This document shows positions 19,582-29,664 of a stretch of DNA of 64,000 bases, piece by piece. The position numbers and the translations under genes were made by a program. The stretch comes from Gemmatimonadota bacterium. Lineage in GTDB: Bacteria; Gemmatimonadota; Gemmatimonadetes; Palauibacterales; Palauibacteraceae. The stretch lies in the NCBI GenBank assembly GCA_963666735.1, contig OY762926.1, positions 3,168,001-3,232,000 of the forward strand, written 5' to 3'. The notes beneath the pieces are model-generated. The model was not told where the DNA came from. It saw only the letters and a program-made list of their open reading frames with translations, and made no database searches. Position 1 is the stretch's first letter; every line of letters begins with the position of its first letter.

Positions 19582-21030
19582 TCAGCCGCGCGACAGGGTT
19601 CCAGAGCCGCCGAAGCGGGCGAGGATCCAGTCGGAGATCGTTGCGAGAAAACCGTCGACGAAGCGCTTCTCGAGCAGAGCGTACTCGGCGGGGGATCCGG
19701 TCGTCGCGGCCTGGAAGAGATGATTGGCGCGCGGGAGGACCTCCACCGTCACGTCCGGGTTCCCGGCGAGCGCCTCTTCCAGCGGGCCGCGGTTCTGGTC
19801 GACGATCACCTGGAGGTCGAGTCCGCCGAAGAGCGCGAGCACCGGCACCCGCGTGCCGCGGAGACCCTCGGCCGGATCGTACGTGAGGAAATAGCGATAC
19901 CAGGGGCTCTCCAGGCCATCGATCTGCTGGGCCACCTGGGTCTCGACGTAGCTGTCCAGGTCGGAGACCGGCGCGCGCTGCGCTTCGGACAGGGCCTCGA
20001 TGCCCTCGCGGATCGCGGCTCCAAGCTCCTCGCGATACGCCTCGAGGCCTTCTCCGGCCTCCAGGGCCGCGAACAAACGGCGCTGGAAGTCGGTGTTCCA
20101 CTCGATGCGGTCCTCGGGCACGCCGCTCACGCGTTGAATGGCCGCGGACTGCTCGTAGAGGATCTCGGTGCCGGGTACGGTCGAGCCCGCCAGCAACACG
20201 GCGAAGCGGACGGCCTCCGAGCGCGAGGCCGCCAGGGAGGCCACGACGGCCCCCTCGCTGTGTCCCACGAAGCCGACGCGGGCGGGGTCGACGTCCGGAT
20301 GCTCCGAGAGCCGCGCGAGCCCCGCCAGGGCGTCCCCCGCGAAGTCGGAAGTGGTGGAGGAGGAGACGCTGCCGGTCGAGCCGCCGACGCCGCGGTCGTC
20401 GTAGCGGAGGACGGCGACGCCCTGCCGCGTGAGGTGATCGGAAAGGGGGCGGAAGACGGAGAAACCGGCCACGACCTCGTCCCGGTCCTGGGGCCCCGAC
20501 CCCGTGATCAGGACGACGCCCGGGAACGGACCCGTCCCCTCCGGCAGCGTCAGCGTACCCTCGAGGTGTACGTCACCGTTCTCGAACGAGACCTCCTCCG
20601 CCCGGTAGGGTGCCGGCTCTTCCGCCTCTGCTTCCGGGAGATCCGCCCGCGACACGGAAAACGTGCTGGTCACGACCCCCTGGGTGAATTCGCCCTCGAT
20701 CGTGTCTCCGCTGTGGGCTCCGTCCCACACGGCGAGACCGACCGGGGCATCGAGTTCGAAATGGACCCGGCCGGCGATGTGGGATACGGCGGTGAGGGGA
20801 AGACCCAGCGCGCCCTGCGCGGGGATGTCCATCGTGGCGGAGAGCACGCCATCGGCGCGCTCGAAGGTGACCGAGAAGGGCAACTCGCCCGTGGGGAGAA
20901 CGACGGATCCCGCCCACCTGCCCTCGACGCCCTCGCCTCCCGCGTCAGGGTCGGGATCCGGCTCCTGCGCCAGCGCCGGAGAGGAGAGCACGCACCCGGC
21001 CGCTATCAACATTCCGAGGGCCACGGTCAA
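19582..21030 (-). CDS. Alpha/beta hydrolase (secreted)
   Basis: ITGSGPQDRDE, RYDDRGVG, GHSEGA, DLQV, ANHLFQ. Confidence 0.9.
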   Translation of the reverse strand: MTVALGMLIAAGCVLSSPALAQEPDPDPDAGGEGVEGRWAGSVVLPTGELPFSVTFERADGVLSATMDIPAQGALGLPLTAVSHIAGRVHFELDAPVGLAVWDGAHSGDTIEGEFTQGVVTSTFSVSRADLPEAEAEEPAPYRAEEVSFENGDVHLEGTLTLPEGTGPFPGVVLITGSGPQDRDEVVAGFSVFRPLSDHLTRQGVAVLRYDDRGVGGSTGSVSSSTTSDFAGDALAGLARLSEHPDVDPARVGFVGHSEGAVVASLAASRSEAVRFAVLLAGSTVPGTEILYEQSAAIQRVSGVPEDRIEWNTDFQRRLFAALEAGEGLEAYREELGAAIREGIEALSEAQRAPVSDLDSYVETQVAQQIDGLESPWYRYFLTYDPAEGLRGTRVPVLALFGGLDLQVIVDQNRGPLEEALAGNPDVTVEVLPRANHLFQAATTGSPAEYALLEKRFVDGFLATISDWILARFGGSGTLSRG

Positions 21031-21347
21031 TCCTCCTCGACCTTGACGGCGGAGCCGTAGACGACGATCTCGGCGGTCCCGCCGAGGATGTAGGAGGTGG
21101 AAAAGCGGACACAGAGGATTGCGTTGGCGCCGAATGCCTCCGCCTCGCTCTCCATGCGATCGATCGCCTGTTCGCGCGCCTCGGCCATCATCTTCGTGTA
21201 CTCCTGGATCTCGCCGCCGACGATGGTCTTGAGGCCGGCGAGAATATCGCGGCCCAGGTGGCGCGCCCGGATCGTGCTGCCGCGGACGAGGCCGAACTCC
21301 TCCACGATGCGGTAGCCGGCGAGGTCGTTTCGGGAGGTGCTGATCAT
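21027..21347 (-). CDS. YbjQ / UPF0145 family protein
   Basis: GLVRGSTIRARHLGRDILAGLKTIVGGEI..Y..EAREQA, YGSAV. Confidence 0.93.
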   Translation of the reverse strand: MISTSRNDLAGYRIVEEFGLVRGSTIRARHLGRDILAGLKTIVGGEIQEYTKMMAEAREQAIDRMESEAEAFGANAILCVRFSTSYILGGTAEIVVYGSAVKVEED

Positions 21348-21814
21348 CGAACCACGTCCTTGTAGGGGTCTTTCTTCTGCATGAACAGGCGCTCGCGAAC
21401 GACGGAGACGAAAAGGATCACGAAGCCCGCGATCAGCACGAGCATCCCCCAGCGAATGTACACGGGCATCGTCGTGTCCCGAATCAACTCGCTGACGGCG
21501 GTCCACAGCGCCCACGTCCCCACAACGATCGTTCCCAGCGAGACCAGGACCCAGCCGATTCCGCGTTCGAGCCGGCGATAGACGTGTTCCCAGTAGCTGT
21601 CCCAGGTTTCTTCCGGCGGCTTCAGCGGACTCATGGTGTCGGTGACCTCCTTCAGGCGCTGGTATGTCGCCAGTTCGTCGCGAAGACCCGGGTCCTCGCC
21701 GAGCGCGGACTCGAGTTCGAGGCGTCCCTCTCCCGAAATCTCCCGGTCCAGTTCGGCCATCATCAGATGGCGCACCCGCTCGTCGCCGGGCGGATTCACG
21801 TTTCTCTCACTCAT
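21344..21814 (-). CDS. Putative membrane anti-sigma factor
   Basis: zf-HC2-like helical N-terminus without Cys, two TM helices, C-terminal DPYKDVVR; coupled to an ECF sigma gene. Confidence 0.7.
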   Translation of the reverse strand: MSERNVNPPGDERVRHLMMAELDREISGEGRLELESALGEDPGLRDELATYQRLKEVTDTMSPLKPPEETWDSYWEHVYRRLERGIGWVLVSLGTIVVGTWALWTAVSELIRDTTMPVYIRWGMLVLIAGFVILFVSVVRERLFMQKKDPYKDVVR

Positions 21815-22409
21815 CGCCCGCGCCTCCTTCCCGGCCGGGACGGGTCCCCGTCGTTTCGATGTCGCGTGCGAGGGAGCGCCGCGCCCGATAGAGGCGCGAC
21901 ATCACCGTGCCGATGGGGATTCCCAGCAACTCGGCGATCTCCCGGTAACGCAGTTCCTCGAACTCGCGCAGGACGAGCGTCTCCCGTTCCCGCTCCGGCA
22001 GCCGTTCGATGGCCGCGCCGACCTGTTCGCGCAGTTCGGCGCGCATGACCGCCTGGTCCGGGCTGGGAGGGCGCCGTCCCATCGTCGTATCCGTGAGCCA
22101 GCTGCCCGCCTTCTCGAGTTTCAGGCGGCGTGACCGCCGGTCCCGTGTATGGTTGAAACAGAGTCGTCGGATGATCTGGTACAGCCAGGGGAAGAAGGGA
22201 CGTTCGGGGTCGATCCTGGCGCGCGCGCGGAACGCCCTGGCGAAGGCCTCCTGCGAGAGGTCCAGGGCATCGTCGTGGTTCCCGACGAGGCCGAGCGCGG
22301 TATAGTAGGCACGCTGCATGTATCGTGTGACGAGTTCGCCGAAGGCCGCGCGCTCGCCACTCTGCGCGCGAAGAACGAGCATCCGGTCGGTTGCCTCCGA
22401 GCTGTTCAA
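21807..22409 (-). CDS. ECF RNA polymerase sigma factor
   Basis: DALDLSQEAF, PWLYQI, Y.EIAELLGIPIGTVMSRLYRAR. Confidence 0.95.
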   Translation of the reverse strand: MNSSEATDRMLVLRAQSGERAAFGELVTRYMQRAYYTALGLVGNHDDALDLSQEAFARAFRARARIDPERPFFPWLYQIIRRLCFNHTRDRRSRRLKLEKAGSWLTDTTMGRRPPSPDQAVMRAELREQVGAAIERLPERERETLVLREFEELRYREIAELLGIPIGTVMSRLYRARRSLARDIETTGTRPGREGGAGDE

Positions 22410-22523
22410 GTATGGCTCCCATGGTCGCGGGCACCGATGTAGACCTGTGGTGACGGTTCGCTACGCGAGGGTTACACGAAAGCCGCGAGGTTTATTTCGC
22501 GGATCAAGGAATCGAGAGACAGG

Positions 22524-22973
22524 ATGGACGAGTTCCCGGTCAGAGCAACCCTGCAACCCGAAATCGTGCCCTCCCGCTGGACGCTCATCCGCGACGTGGC
22601 CGTCTTCCAGCTGAAACTGGTCCTCGATGGCCTGAGGGATGCGTTGCTGCTGCCGATCTCGCTCTTCGTCGCCCTCCTCGACGTACTCGGAGTCGGGCCC
22701 CGGGCGGGCCGGCAGTTCTACGAGCTGCTGGAGTGGGGGCGCCGGACGGAGTACTGGATCAACCTGTTCGGCGCCACGGACCATGTCCGCGCTCCGCTGT
22801 CGTCCCCGCGGCCCGGGGTCGATACGCTCGTCGACCGCCTGGAGCGGCTGGCGGTGCAGGAGTATGAGCGGGGCGGGATCACGGCTTCGACGAAGGATGC
22901 CGTGGACCGTGCCCTCGACCACCTTACGAAGCGCGGGCCCTCCGACCGCGATCTCTCCGGCCCCTCGCCGTGA
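22524..22973 (+). CDS. Conserved hypothetical protein
   Basis: RDVAVFQLKLVLDGLRDALLLP..WINLFG; good start context. Confidence 0.7.
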   Translation: MDEFPVRATLQPEIVPSRWTLIRDVAVFQLKLVLDGLRDALLLPISLFVALLDVLGVGPRAGRQFYELLEWGRRTEYWINLFGATDHVRAPLSSPRPGVDTLVDRLERLAVQEYERGGITASTKDAVDRALDHLTKRGPSDRDLSGPSP

Positions 22974-25521
22974 GCCGGACTTCCGCCGAGCGCGCGTGCG
23001 CTTCAAGTCCCTCCAGCCGGGCGAGCGCGGCGGTGTCGCGGAGCAGGTCCTCGTAGGCGGCATCTTCGGACGATAGCGACAGCCACGTCGGTCGGCGCAG
23101 GAACGAGAACACCGACAGTCCCGAGTCGAACGCCGCCGCGCCCGATGTGGGGAGTGTGTGGTTCGGTCCGGCTCCGTAGTCGCCGGCCGCCTCGGGCGTG
23201 GCCGCTCCCAGGAAGAGCGATCCGTAGCGGTGAACGGCAGGGGCGACCGCCTCGGCTCGCGCTCCGTGCAGGTGCAGATGTTCCGGCGCCACGGCGTCGC
23301 AGATGGCGGCGGCCTCGTCGGGGCCGGCCGCGAGGAGGGCGCCGCCGGCCGCCAGGGCCTGGCGCGCGACCGGTGCGGTCGGCAGCGTGGCCAACTGCCG
23401 CCCGGCCTCTTCGCGCACGGCCTCGACGGTCGCTTCGTCGAAGGCGCACAGAAGCGGGACGGCGTCGGGGTCGTGCTCGGCCTGGGCAAGCAGGTCGGCC
23501 GCGACGCGCGCCGGCGCCGCATCCGGCGAGGCGACGATGAGCAGCTCGGACGGGCCGGCGACGGTGTCGAGGCCGACACGACCGTAGAGGAGACGTTTGG
23601 CCGCGGTGACGAACCGGTTGCCCGGCCCCACGATCTTCTCGCAGCGGGAGACGCCTCCGACGCCGAAGGCGAGCGCGCCGATCGCCTGCGCGCCGCCGAT
23701 GGCGAGCAGCCCGTCCGCGCCGGCCATGAACGCCGCGGCCCGGACCGCGGCGTTCGGGCGCGGCGATGCGGCCCACACGCCGTCCACGCCCGCCACCCTC
23801 GCCGGGATGACGGTCATCAACACCGAGGAGGGGAGGGGGAAGCGCCCCCCGGGGGCGTAGCAGCCCGCCGCTCCGACGGGTACGAGCCGATGCCCGCCGC
23901 GGCCGCCCGCGACCGGCGTATCGAGGTCGGTCGCGGCCGCCCGCTGGGCCTCCGCGAACGCGCGGACCCGGTCTGCCGCGCGGTCCAGCAGCGCACGGTC
24001 GTCGGGGCCGAGTGCCTCTGTCGCGCGCTCGAGAGCGGACCGGTCGAGGAGCAGGTCGTCGCCCGGCTCGAGGTCGCCGAGCCGTTCGGCATGCTCGCGG
24101 AGCGCCGGCTCCCCGCGCCGCTCGACATCGTCCAGGATCGTCCGCGCGACCTCGAGGGCCGCCGGGTCGAGCGCCGGCGAGCGCACCGCCCGCACGGCTT
24201 CCTCGAGGCCGATCGGCGGCAGGATCCCGCCCGCAACCGCCGCGGCGGGGGCCACAGCCGTCCGACCGGCCGGCCCCCCCGGCGGCCTCGGAGCTCGGCG
24301 ATGCACCTTGAGGGCGCGCCGCTCGAGTTCGAGGCGCACGTCGCCGAGGGAGCCGCCGGCCTTCACGAGGCGCGTGAGCGCGAAGTAGTACAGGTCCGCG
24401 AACTCCGCCACCGCGTCGGCCTTCGACCCGGCTGCCGCCAGTTCATGCGCTTCCTCGACGAGTTTCCCCCGCAACAGTTCCGGATCTCCGGCGAGTCGCG
24501 CGGTGAGCGACCCCGGCTCCGGATCGGCGAGTCGCTCGCGGAGACGAGTCTCGAGATCGAGCGCATCGTCGAAGCAGGTCGGTGCGCCCGTGTGACAGAA
24601 GCCGGTCCCGCGCTGTCGCACCGTGAAGCGCAGCGTGTCGCGGTCACAGTCCGCCGCCACGCGGACGAGTTCCTGCGTGGCGCCGGAGGTCTCACCCTTT
24701 CTCCAGAGCCCTCGTGAGCGACTCTGGTAAACGCCGCGCCGTTCGCTGACGGCGGTGCGCAGGCTCTCCGCGTTCGACCAGGCCAGCCCGAGCGCGCGCC
24801 CGGCCGTGTCCTCGACCAGCGTCGCCCACAGCCCGTCGGCCCGGTCGGACCGCAGCGGAGCCGCGATGGCGTCCGCCAGGTCCATGCGCCCGCTGTAGAT
24901 CGCCATCCCCACCTGCGCGTCCGCACCCATTCGGTCCAGTGCGGCGATTTCCGAGACCTCGCGGACACCCCCCGCCACCGTGACGCGCGCGGATCCCGCG
25001 GCGCCGACGAGGGCGGATACGCGATCCAGCGGGATTCCGCCCAGCGTGCCCTCCACCTCTACGAAGGTGACCAGGTAGCCGTCCGCGAGGCCATCGAGTT
25101 CCTCCATCCGCCCGATGACGTCGCGGCGCGTACCGCGCTGCCAACCCTCCACGACGACCTCGCCATCACGAGCGTCGAGCGCCGCGATCACCCGTTCCGC
25201 GGGCAGTCCGTCCAGGACTTCGGGACTCGCCGCCGTGCCCAGGATCACGCGGCGCGCACCCGCGTCGAGCCAGTCGAGCGCCGCCTCGCGGGACCGAATG
25301 CCGCCGCCCACGCGACAGGGAGCGAGCGGGAGCAGTTCCCGGATGAGGGCGGCGTTGTCTCCACGGCCGAGCGCCGCGTCGAGATCGATGACCGCGACTT
25401 CCCCCGCGACCGCGAACCTCTCGGCCAGGGGCCGTGGGTCGCCGGCATCGATTTCCAGCGTGGAGCCCCGCCGAAGCTGCACGGCCCGGCCCCCCATGAG
25501 GTCGATGGATGGGATGATCAT
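22924..25521 (-). CDS. hisAIED: Tetrafunctional HisA-HisI-HisE-HisD fusion (865 aa)
   Basis: One open frame: IIPSIDL/VGGGIRS (HisA); LWRKGETSG/DCDRD/FCH (HisI); KLVEEAHEL/ADLYY (HisE); YAPGGR/IVGPGNRFV/AGPSE/QAEHD/APEHL/GDYGAGPNHTLPT (HisD). Confidence 0.92.
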   Translation of the reverse strand: MIIPSIDLMGGRAVQLRRGSTLEIDAGDPRPLAERFAVAGEVAVIDLDAALGRGDNAALIRELLPLAPCRVGGGIRSREAALDWLDAGARRVILGTAASPEVLDGLPAERVIAALDARDGEVVVEGWQRGTRRDVIGRMEELDGLADGYLVTFVEVEGTLGGIPLDRVSALVGAAGSARVTVAGGVREVSEIAALDRMGADAQVGMAIYSGRMDLADAIAAPLRSDRADGLWATLVEDTAGRALGLAWSNAESLRTAVSERRGVYQSRSRGLWRKGETSGATQELVRVAADCDRDTLRFTVRQRGTGFCHTGAPTCFDDALDLETRLRERLADPEPGSLTARLAGDPELLRGKLVEEAHELAAAGSKADAVAEFADLYYFALTRLVKAGGSLGDVRLELERRALKVHRRAPRPPGGPAGRTAVAPAAAVAGGILPPIGLEEAVRAVRSPALDPAALEVARTILDDVERRGEPALREHAERLGDLEPGDDLLLDRSALERATEALGPDDRALLDRAADRVRAFAEAQRAAATDLDTPVAGGRGGHRLVPVGAAGCYAPGGRFPLPSSVLMTVIPARVAGVDGVWAASPRPNAAVRAAAFMAGADGLLAIGGAQAIGALAFGVGGVSRCEKIVGPGNRFVTAAKRLLYGRVGLDTVAGPSELLIVASPDAAPARVAADLLAQAEHDPDAVPLLCAFDEATVEAVREEAGRQLATLPTAPVARQALAAGGALLAAGPDEAAAICDAVAPEHLHLHGARAEAVAPAVHRYGSLFLGAATPEAAGDYGAGPNHTLPTSGAAAFDSGLSVFSFLRRPTWLSLSSEDAAYEDLLRDTAALARLEGLEAHARSAEVRLTARGRRDRGRRARAS

Positions 25522-26285
25522 CGACGCACCGCGACCCCGAGCTGCTGCAGTCGATCCTTGAGTCTGCCGATCGACCATTCGCCCTGGTGGAAGATCGACG
25601 CCGCGAGCACGGCGTCGGCCCCGGCCTCGACCGCCGCGCACATGTGACCCGCATGGGCGCCCCCGCCGGAAGCCACGATCGGCAGCGGCACCGCCTCGCG
25701 GATCACGCCGATCAGGGCCAGGTCGTAGCCGCTCCGCGTACCGTCGCGGTCGAAGCTCGTGAGGAGGATCTCGCCCGCGCCGAGGGCCGCCGCGCGGCGA
25801 CTCCAATCCGCGGCATCGAAGCCGGTGCGTTGCCCTCCCGAGTGCGTCAGAACCTCAAAACCGCTCGGACACGCCTCGTCCGAGGTCGCGCCGGCGTCCA
25901 GCGCCAGCACGGCGCACTGGGCCCCGAAACGAGTCGCGATCTCCGACAGGACTTCCGGTCGCTCGACCGCCGCCGTGTTGGCCGCGACCCGGTCCGCCCC
26001 CGCTTCCAGCAGAGCGCCCGCGTCCTCCGCCGTCCGCACGCCGCCGCCGACCGTGAGCGGAATCGAGATCTCATTGCGAACGCGGCCGACCGTCTCGAAC
26101 CGGGCCACCCTTCCCTCCGCCGTGGCCGAGACATCCAGAATCACGAGTTCGTCCGCCCCTTCGCGCTCGTAGCGTCGGGCGAGCCGGGCGGGGTCGCCCT
26201 GATCTTCGAGGTTGTCGAAACGGACGCCCTTCACAACCCTGCCGTCCCTCACATCCAGGCACGGAATGACCCGAACGTTCAGCAT
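25518..26285 (-). CDS. hisF: Imidazole glycerol phosphate synthase cyclase subunit
   Basis: RVIPCLDV.DGRVVKG, GADELVILD, GAGEILLTSFDRDGT, LAASIFH. Confidence 0.96.
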   Translation of the reverse strand: MLNVRVIPCLDVRDGRVVKGVRFDNLEDQGDPARLARRYEREGADELVILDVSATAEGRVARFETVGRVRNEISIPLTVGGGVRTAEDAGALLEAGADRVAANTAAVERPEVLSEIATRFGAQCAVLALDAGATSDEACPSGFEVLTHSGGQRTGFDAADWSRRAAALGAGEILLTSFDRDGTRSGYDLALIGVIREAVPLPIVASGGGAHAGHMCAAVEAGADAVLAASIFHQGEWSIGRLKDRLQQLGVAVRR

Positions 26286-26962
26286 GCCGCCGCGAGCGCG
26301 GGCCGTTCCACGCGCCGTTCGAACTCGGCTGCCGCGCCCGGCGCCTCTGCGAGCCATCGCTTCAGCAGGCCGGCGCCGACCTTCCCCGACAGCTCCGGGT
26401 GGAACTGGCAGGCGAGGACTCCGCCGCGCTCCAGTCCCGCCACGAACCGGCTTCCGTGCCGCCCCATCGCGGCGGTCCAGCCGGCGGGCCCCGCTTCGAG
26501 CCCGTAGGAGTTGGCGAAATAGACGATGGATGACCTCAGGAACGTGGTCCCGGCCGGGGCGCCGAGACGGTTCCAACCCAACTGGGGAACCCGGCAGTTC
26601 TCCGCCAATCGGACCACGCGGCCCGGCACACACCCAAGACCGGCGGTGCCCGGAGCTTCCTCGCTCTCCTCGCACAGGAGTTGAAGCCCGAGACAGATGG
26701 CGAGCGTCGGCCGTCCCTCCGTCACGCGCCGGCGGACGGCCTCCGCCCATCCACGCCGGCGAAGTTCCGCCATGCCTCCGGCGAAAGACCCCACGCCGGG
26801 GAGGATGACGTAATCGGCGCTCGAGATCCCGGCCGCGGAATCCAGCAGCCGCGGGGTTCTTCCCAACCGCCGGAAAGCGGCCGCCACCGCCTCGAGGTTC
26901 GCCACGCCCGTCGGGACGATCCCCACATCGTCCGGGCCCGTCGCCACGCGCGCGGCGCTCAT
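26279..26962 (-). CDS. hisH: Imidazole glycerol phosphate synthase glutaminase subunit
   Basis: ILPGVGSF, ICLGLQ, QFHPELSG. Confidence 0.95.
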   Translation of the reverse strand: MSAARVATGPDDVGIVPTGVANLEAVAAAFRRLGRTPRLLDSAAGISSADYVILPGVGSFAGGMAELRRRGWAEAVRRRVTEGRPTLAICLGLQLLCEESEEAPGTAGLGCVPGRVVRLAENCRVPQLGWNRLGAPAGTTFLRSSIVYFANSYGLEAGPAGWTAAMGRHGSRFVAGLERGGVLACQFHPELSGKVGAGLLKRWLAEAPGAAAEFERRVERPALAAAC

Positions 26963-27648
26963 CGGGACACCGTCTCAAGGGCCCCGGCCCCCGCGTCCTC
27001 TTCCACGTCGGCCGCGGGCAACTCGCCCGATCCGAGCACTCCCTTCGTGCTCGGGACTCCGGCCGCGGAGCGTTCCGCCACCGCTTCGGCGAGGGCGAGC
27101 CCGAAGGCCTTGAAGGCGGCCTCCGCGCGATGGTGGTCGTTATCGCCGCGGATGACATCCAGGTGAAGCGTCAGGCCTCCCGCCGTGGCGAGCGAGGCGA
27201 AGAAATGGGTGAGATTCTCGGTCGCGACGGCCCCCATCATTTCGCGCCGGAGGCCGAGGTCCACCTTGCCGAAGGGACGTCCGGAGAGGTCCACGACCGC
27301 CCGGGCCAGCGCCTCGTCGAGAGGCGCGTAGGCGTACCCGAAGCGGCGAATCCCCTCCCGGTCCCCGAGTGCGTCGCGGATGACCGAACCGAATACGAGC
27401 CCGCAATCTTCCACCGTGTGGTGATCATCGATGTCGAGGTCGCCCTGAGCGCGCAGGTCCAGCGTCATGCCGCCGTGAAAGACCGCGGCGCCGATCATGT
27501 GATCGAGAAACGCCAGTCCCGTATCGATGCGGCTGCGTTCCCGCCGGTTCAGGTCCAGCCGGGCTTCGATGCGGGTCTCGAGCGTTCGGCGCGACCGTTC
27601 TCCCGCCCGCCGGGTGGCCGAGCGACCCTCTCTGGAGTCCGCGTTCAT
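26959..27648 (-). CDS. hisB: Imidazoleglycerol-phosphate dehydratase (monofunctional)
   Basis: DDHHTVED and NDHHRAEAAFKA motifs, PSTKGVL. Confidence 0.95.
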   Translation of the reverse strand: MNADSREGRSATRRAGERSRRTLETRIEARLDLNRRERSRIDTGLAFLDHMIGAAVFHGGMTLDLRAQGDLDIDDHHTVEDCGLVFGSVIRDALGDREGIRRFGYAYAPLDEALARAVVDLSGRPFGKVDLGLRREMMGAVATENLTHFFASLATAGGLTLHLDVIRGDNDHHRAEAAFKAFGLALAEAVAERSAAGVPSTKGVLGSGELPAADVEEDAGAGALETVSR

Positions 27649-27658
27649 GGAATCCCCC

Positions 27659-28675
27659 TCACGAGATGTGTCCAAACGTCGTGTCGAGCACACGGAGGAT
27701 GCGGCGGAACGCCGCCTCGTCCCCCGGAAGCGTGATCCGGACAAGGTCCGGGAGGTTCGGAAAGCGTCGGATGGCGATGCCGCGCTGCCGAAAGCGGCGG
27801 TACAGCGCGGCCGCCCGATCCGTGGATGCGAGCACGAAGTTCGCTTGCGACTCGAAGGGCGCCGCCCCTGCCGCGAACAGCGCCGAGACAAGCTCCTCGC
27901 GCTCGCGGCGCACGGCGGCCACGTACGTCCCCGTGACCCGGTCGCCCAACGCCAGCGCCCGTTCCGCCAACCAGATGGAGGGGGCCGAGAGCGGGAAGGG
28001 CGCACCGCAGGCCCGCAGCTCCGCGATGACCGCCGGCCGGCCCAACGCGAAACCCACGCGAAGCCCGGCGAGGCCCCAGGCCTTGGACAGCGTCCGTACG
28101 ACCAGAATGTTGTCGTGCTGCAGCAGTTCGGGTGTCGGGTCGCGGTCGGCGAACTCGACGTAGGCGAGATCCGCGAGCAACATCGCCTTCGCCGGCAGGC
28201 GGTCGGCGATGGTCGGGACCCGCCCGGCCGGGACCGCCGTTCCCGTGGGGTTGTGCGGCGAGATCACGGTGACCAGCCCCGTCCGTTCCCCGAGTCGGTC
28301 GAGTATGGGTTCAAGAGGAGCGGGGTCGTTCAGCGACGGTATCGACCGTACCCGCCCGCCCGCGAGCGCCGCGAACATCGGCACCATCTCGAACGTCGGA
28401 GCCACCGTGATCAGTTCCCGGCCTCCGGCGAGACAGCGGCGGCAGGCGCGGTCGATCGCGTCGTCCGCCCCCGCGGTGACGAGCACCCGGTCCGGCTCGA
28501 TCCCCATGGCTTCAGCCAGTCGTCGCTCCAGCCTCGAGGCATCCGGATAGCGCGTCAGCGTGCTCGCCGGAACCTTCGGGAGGAGACGGACGAGTTCCGG
28601 CGCCGGAAACAGGCGCTCGTTGTGATCGAGCCGGAGCCGTTCGCCCGGTCGCGCGGCCACCGCCATTCCGTTCAT
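27659..28675 (-). CDS. hisC: Histidinol-phosphate aminotransferase
   Basis: LDHNE, SPHNPTG, DLAYVEF, RTLSKAWGLAGLRVG. Confidence 0.93.
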   Translation of the reverse strand: MNGMAVAARPGERLRLDHNERLFPAPELVRLLPKVPASTLTRYPDASRLERRLAEAMGIEPDRVLVTAGADDAIDRACRRCLAGGRELITVAPTFEMVPMFAALAGGRVRSIPSLNDPAPLEPILDRLGERTGLVTVISPHNPTGTAVPAGRVPTIADRLPAKAMLLADLAYVEFADRDPTPELLQHDNILVVRTLSKAWGLAGLRVGFALGRPAVIAELRACGAPFPLSAPSIWLAERALALGDRVTGTYVAAVRREREELVSALFAAGAAPFESQANFVLASTDRAAALYRRFRQRGIAIRRFPNLPDLVRITLPGDEAAFRRILRVLDTTFGHIS

Positions 28676-29538
28676 GCGACGATCTGGCCCGGCGTCGTCA
28701 CGACGAGATCGGTACCGCCTTGCGCCTTGACGCGGGGGATCAGGCCCGGAAGGGCTTCGCGCAGCACTGCGACCCGGATGGCGTACCCCTCTTCGCCGTG
28801 CAGACGCGAAACGGTCGGCTTGCGCATGCAGGGAAGCACGGCCACCAGGTCGTCCAGTCGCACCGCATCCACGTTGACTTCGAGCATGATCCGCTGCCGG
28901 GCTTCCACGACCGACTTCAGCACCACGACCAGGTCGTCGATTCGCTTGCGGTGCCGGGGATCCTCGAGCGCCCGCGGGTTTGCGTAGAGGCGAGTCGATG
29001 AGGTCATGAGTTCGTCGACGATCCCGAGCCCGTTGGCGTCGAGCGTCGCGCCCGTCGCGGTGTTGTCGACGATCACGTCGGCGTCCTCCGGCGGAAACAC
29101 CTCCGTCGCGCCGTACGATCGCACGAGCGTCGCATCGAGGCCCCGGGTTTCGATCCAGCGCGAGGCAAGCCCCGTGTACTCGGACGCTATCGTGAGGTGG
29201 CGGCCGGCGGCGTGCAGTCCCGCCCGGGCGACCGGGGCCGGAGCGGCGGCCACGAGGCGCACCGGGTCGAGCCCGGTGTCCAGCAGCTCGACGAGCGATC
29301 CGTTCAGTTCCGCCACCCAGTCGGCCCCCGCGAACCCCAGGTCGCGAGACCCCGCATGCAGCATCTCCACGACGTTCTGCGGCTTGAGCAACTTGGCGCC
29401 GAAGCCGGGGACCGAGATGACCGGACGGTAGCGGCGCTCTCCGAGATCCACCCGCACGCCGGCGGCGGTCAGCAGTTCGAGCACGCCGGACTGCATCCGT
29501 CCCTTGGGCAGGGCAAGTCTTGTCGTCTTGTGATTCAT
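28672..29538 (-). CDS. hisG: ATP phosphoribosyltransferase (long form)
   Basis: LALPKGRM, DLGFAGADW, GATE, DVIVDNTATGATL; C-terminal regulatory domain present. Confidence 0.95.
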   Translation of the reverse strand: MNHKTTRLALPKGRMQSGVLELLTAAGVRVDLGERRYRPVISVPGFGAKLLKPQNVVEMLHAGSRDLGFAGADWVAELNGSLVELLDTGLDPVRLVAAAPAPVARAGLHAAGRHLTIASEYTGLASRWIETRGLDATLVRSYGATEVFPPEDADVIVDNTATGATLDANGLGIVDELMTSSTRLYANPRALEDPRHRKRIDDLVVVLKSVVEARQRIMLEVNVDAVRLDDLVAVLPCMRKPTVSRLHGEEGYAIRVAVLREALPGLIPRVKAQGGTDLVVTTPGQIVA

Positions 29539-29596
29539 GTCGTGGGCTGTCGTGGGCTCTGGCTCTGGAGGCCGGCACCGGCGGGGAGGCAGCGAC

Positions 29597-29623
29597 AAAA
29601 AAAGCCGGCCACCCCGGGCCGGC
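29597..29623 (-). terminator. Attenuator terminator of the his operon
   Basis: Minus strand GCCGGCC-cggggt-GGCCGGC followed by 7 T, about 60 nt upstream of hisG. Confidence 0.85.
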
Positions 29624-29664
29624 ATCGATCGTTCGCAACCTGTGTTCAGAAAACAGCTAGACGA

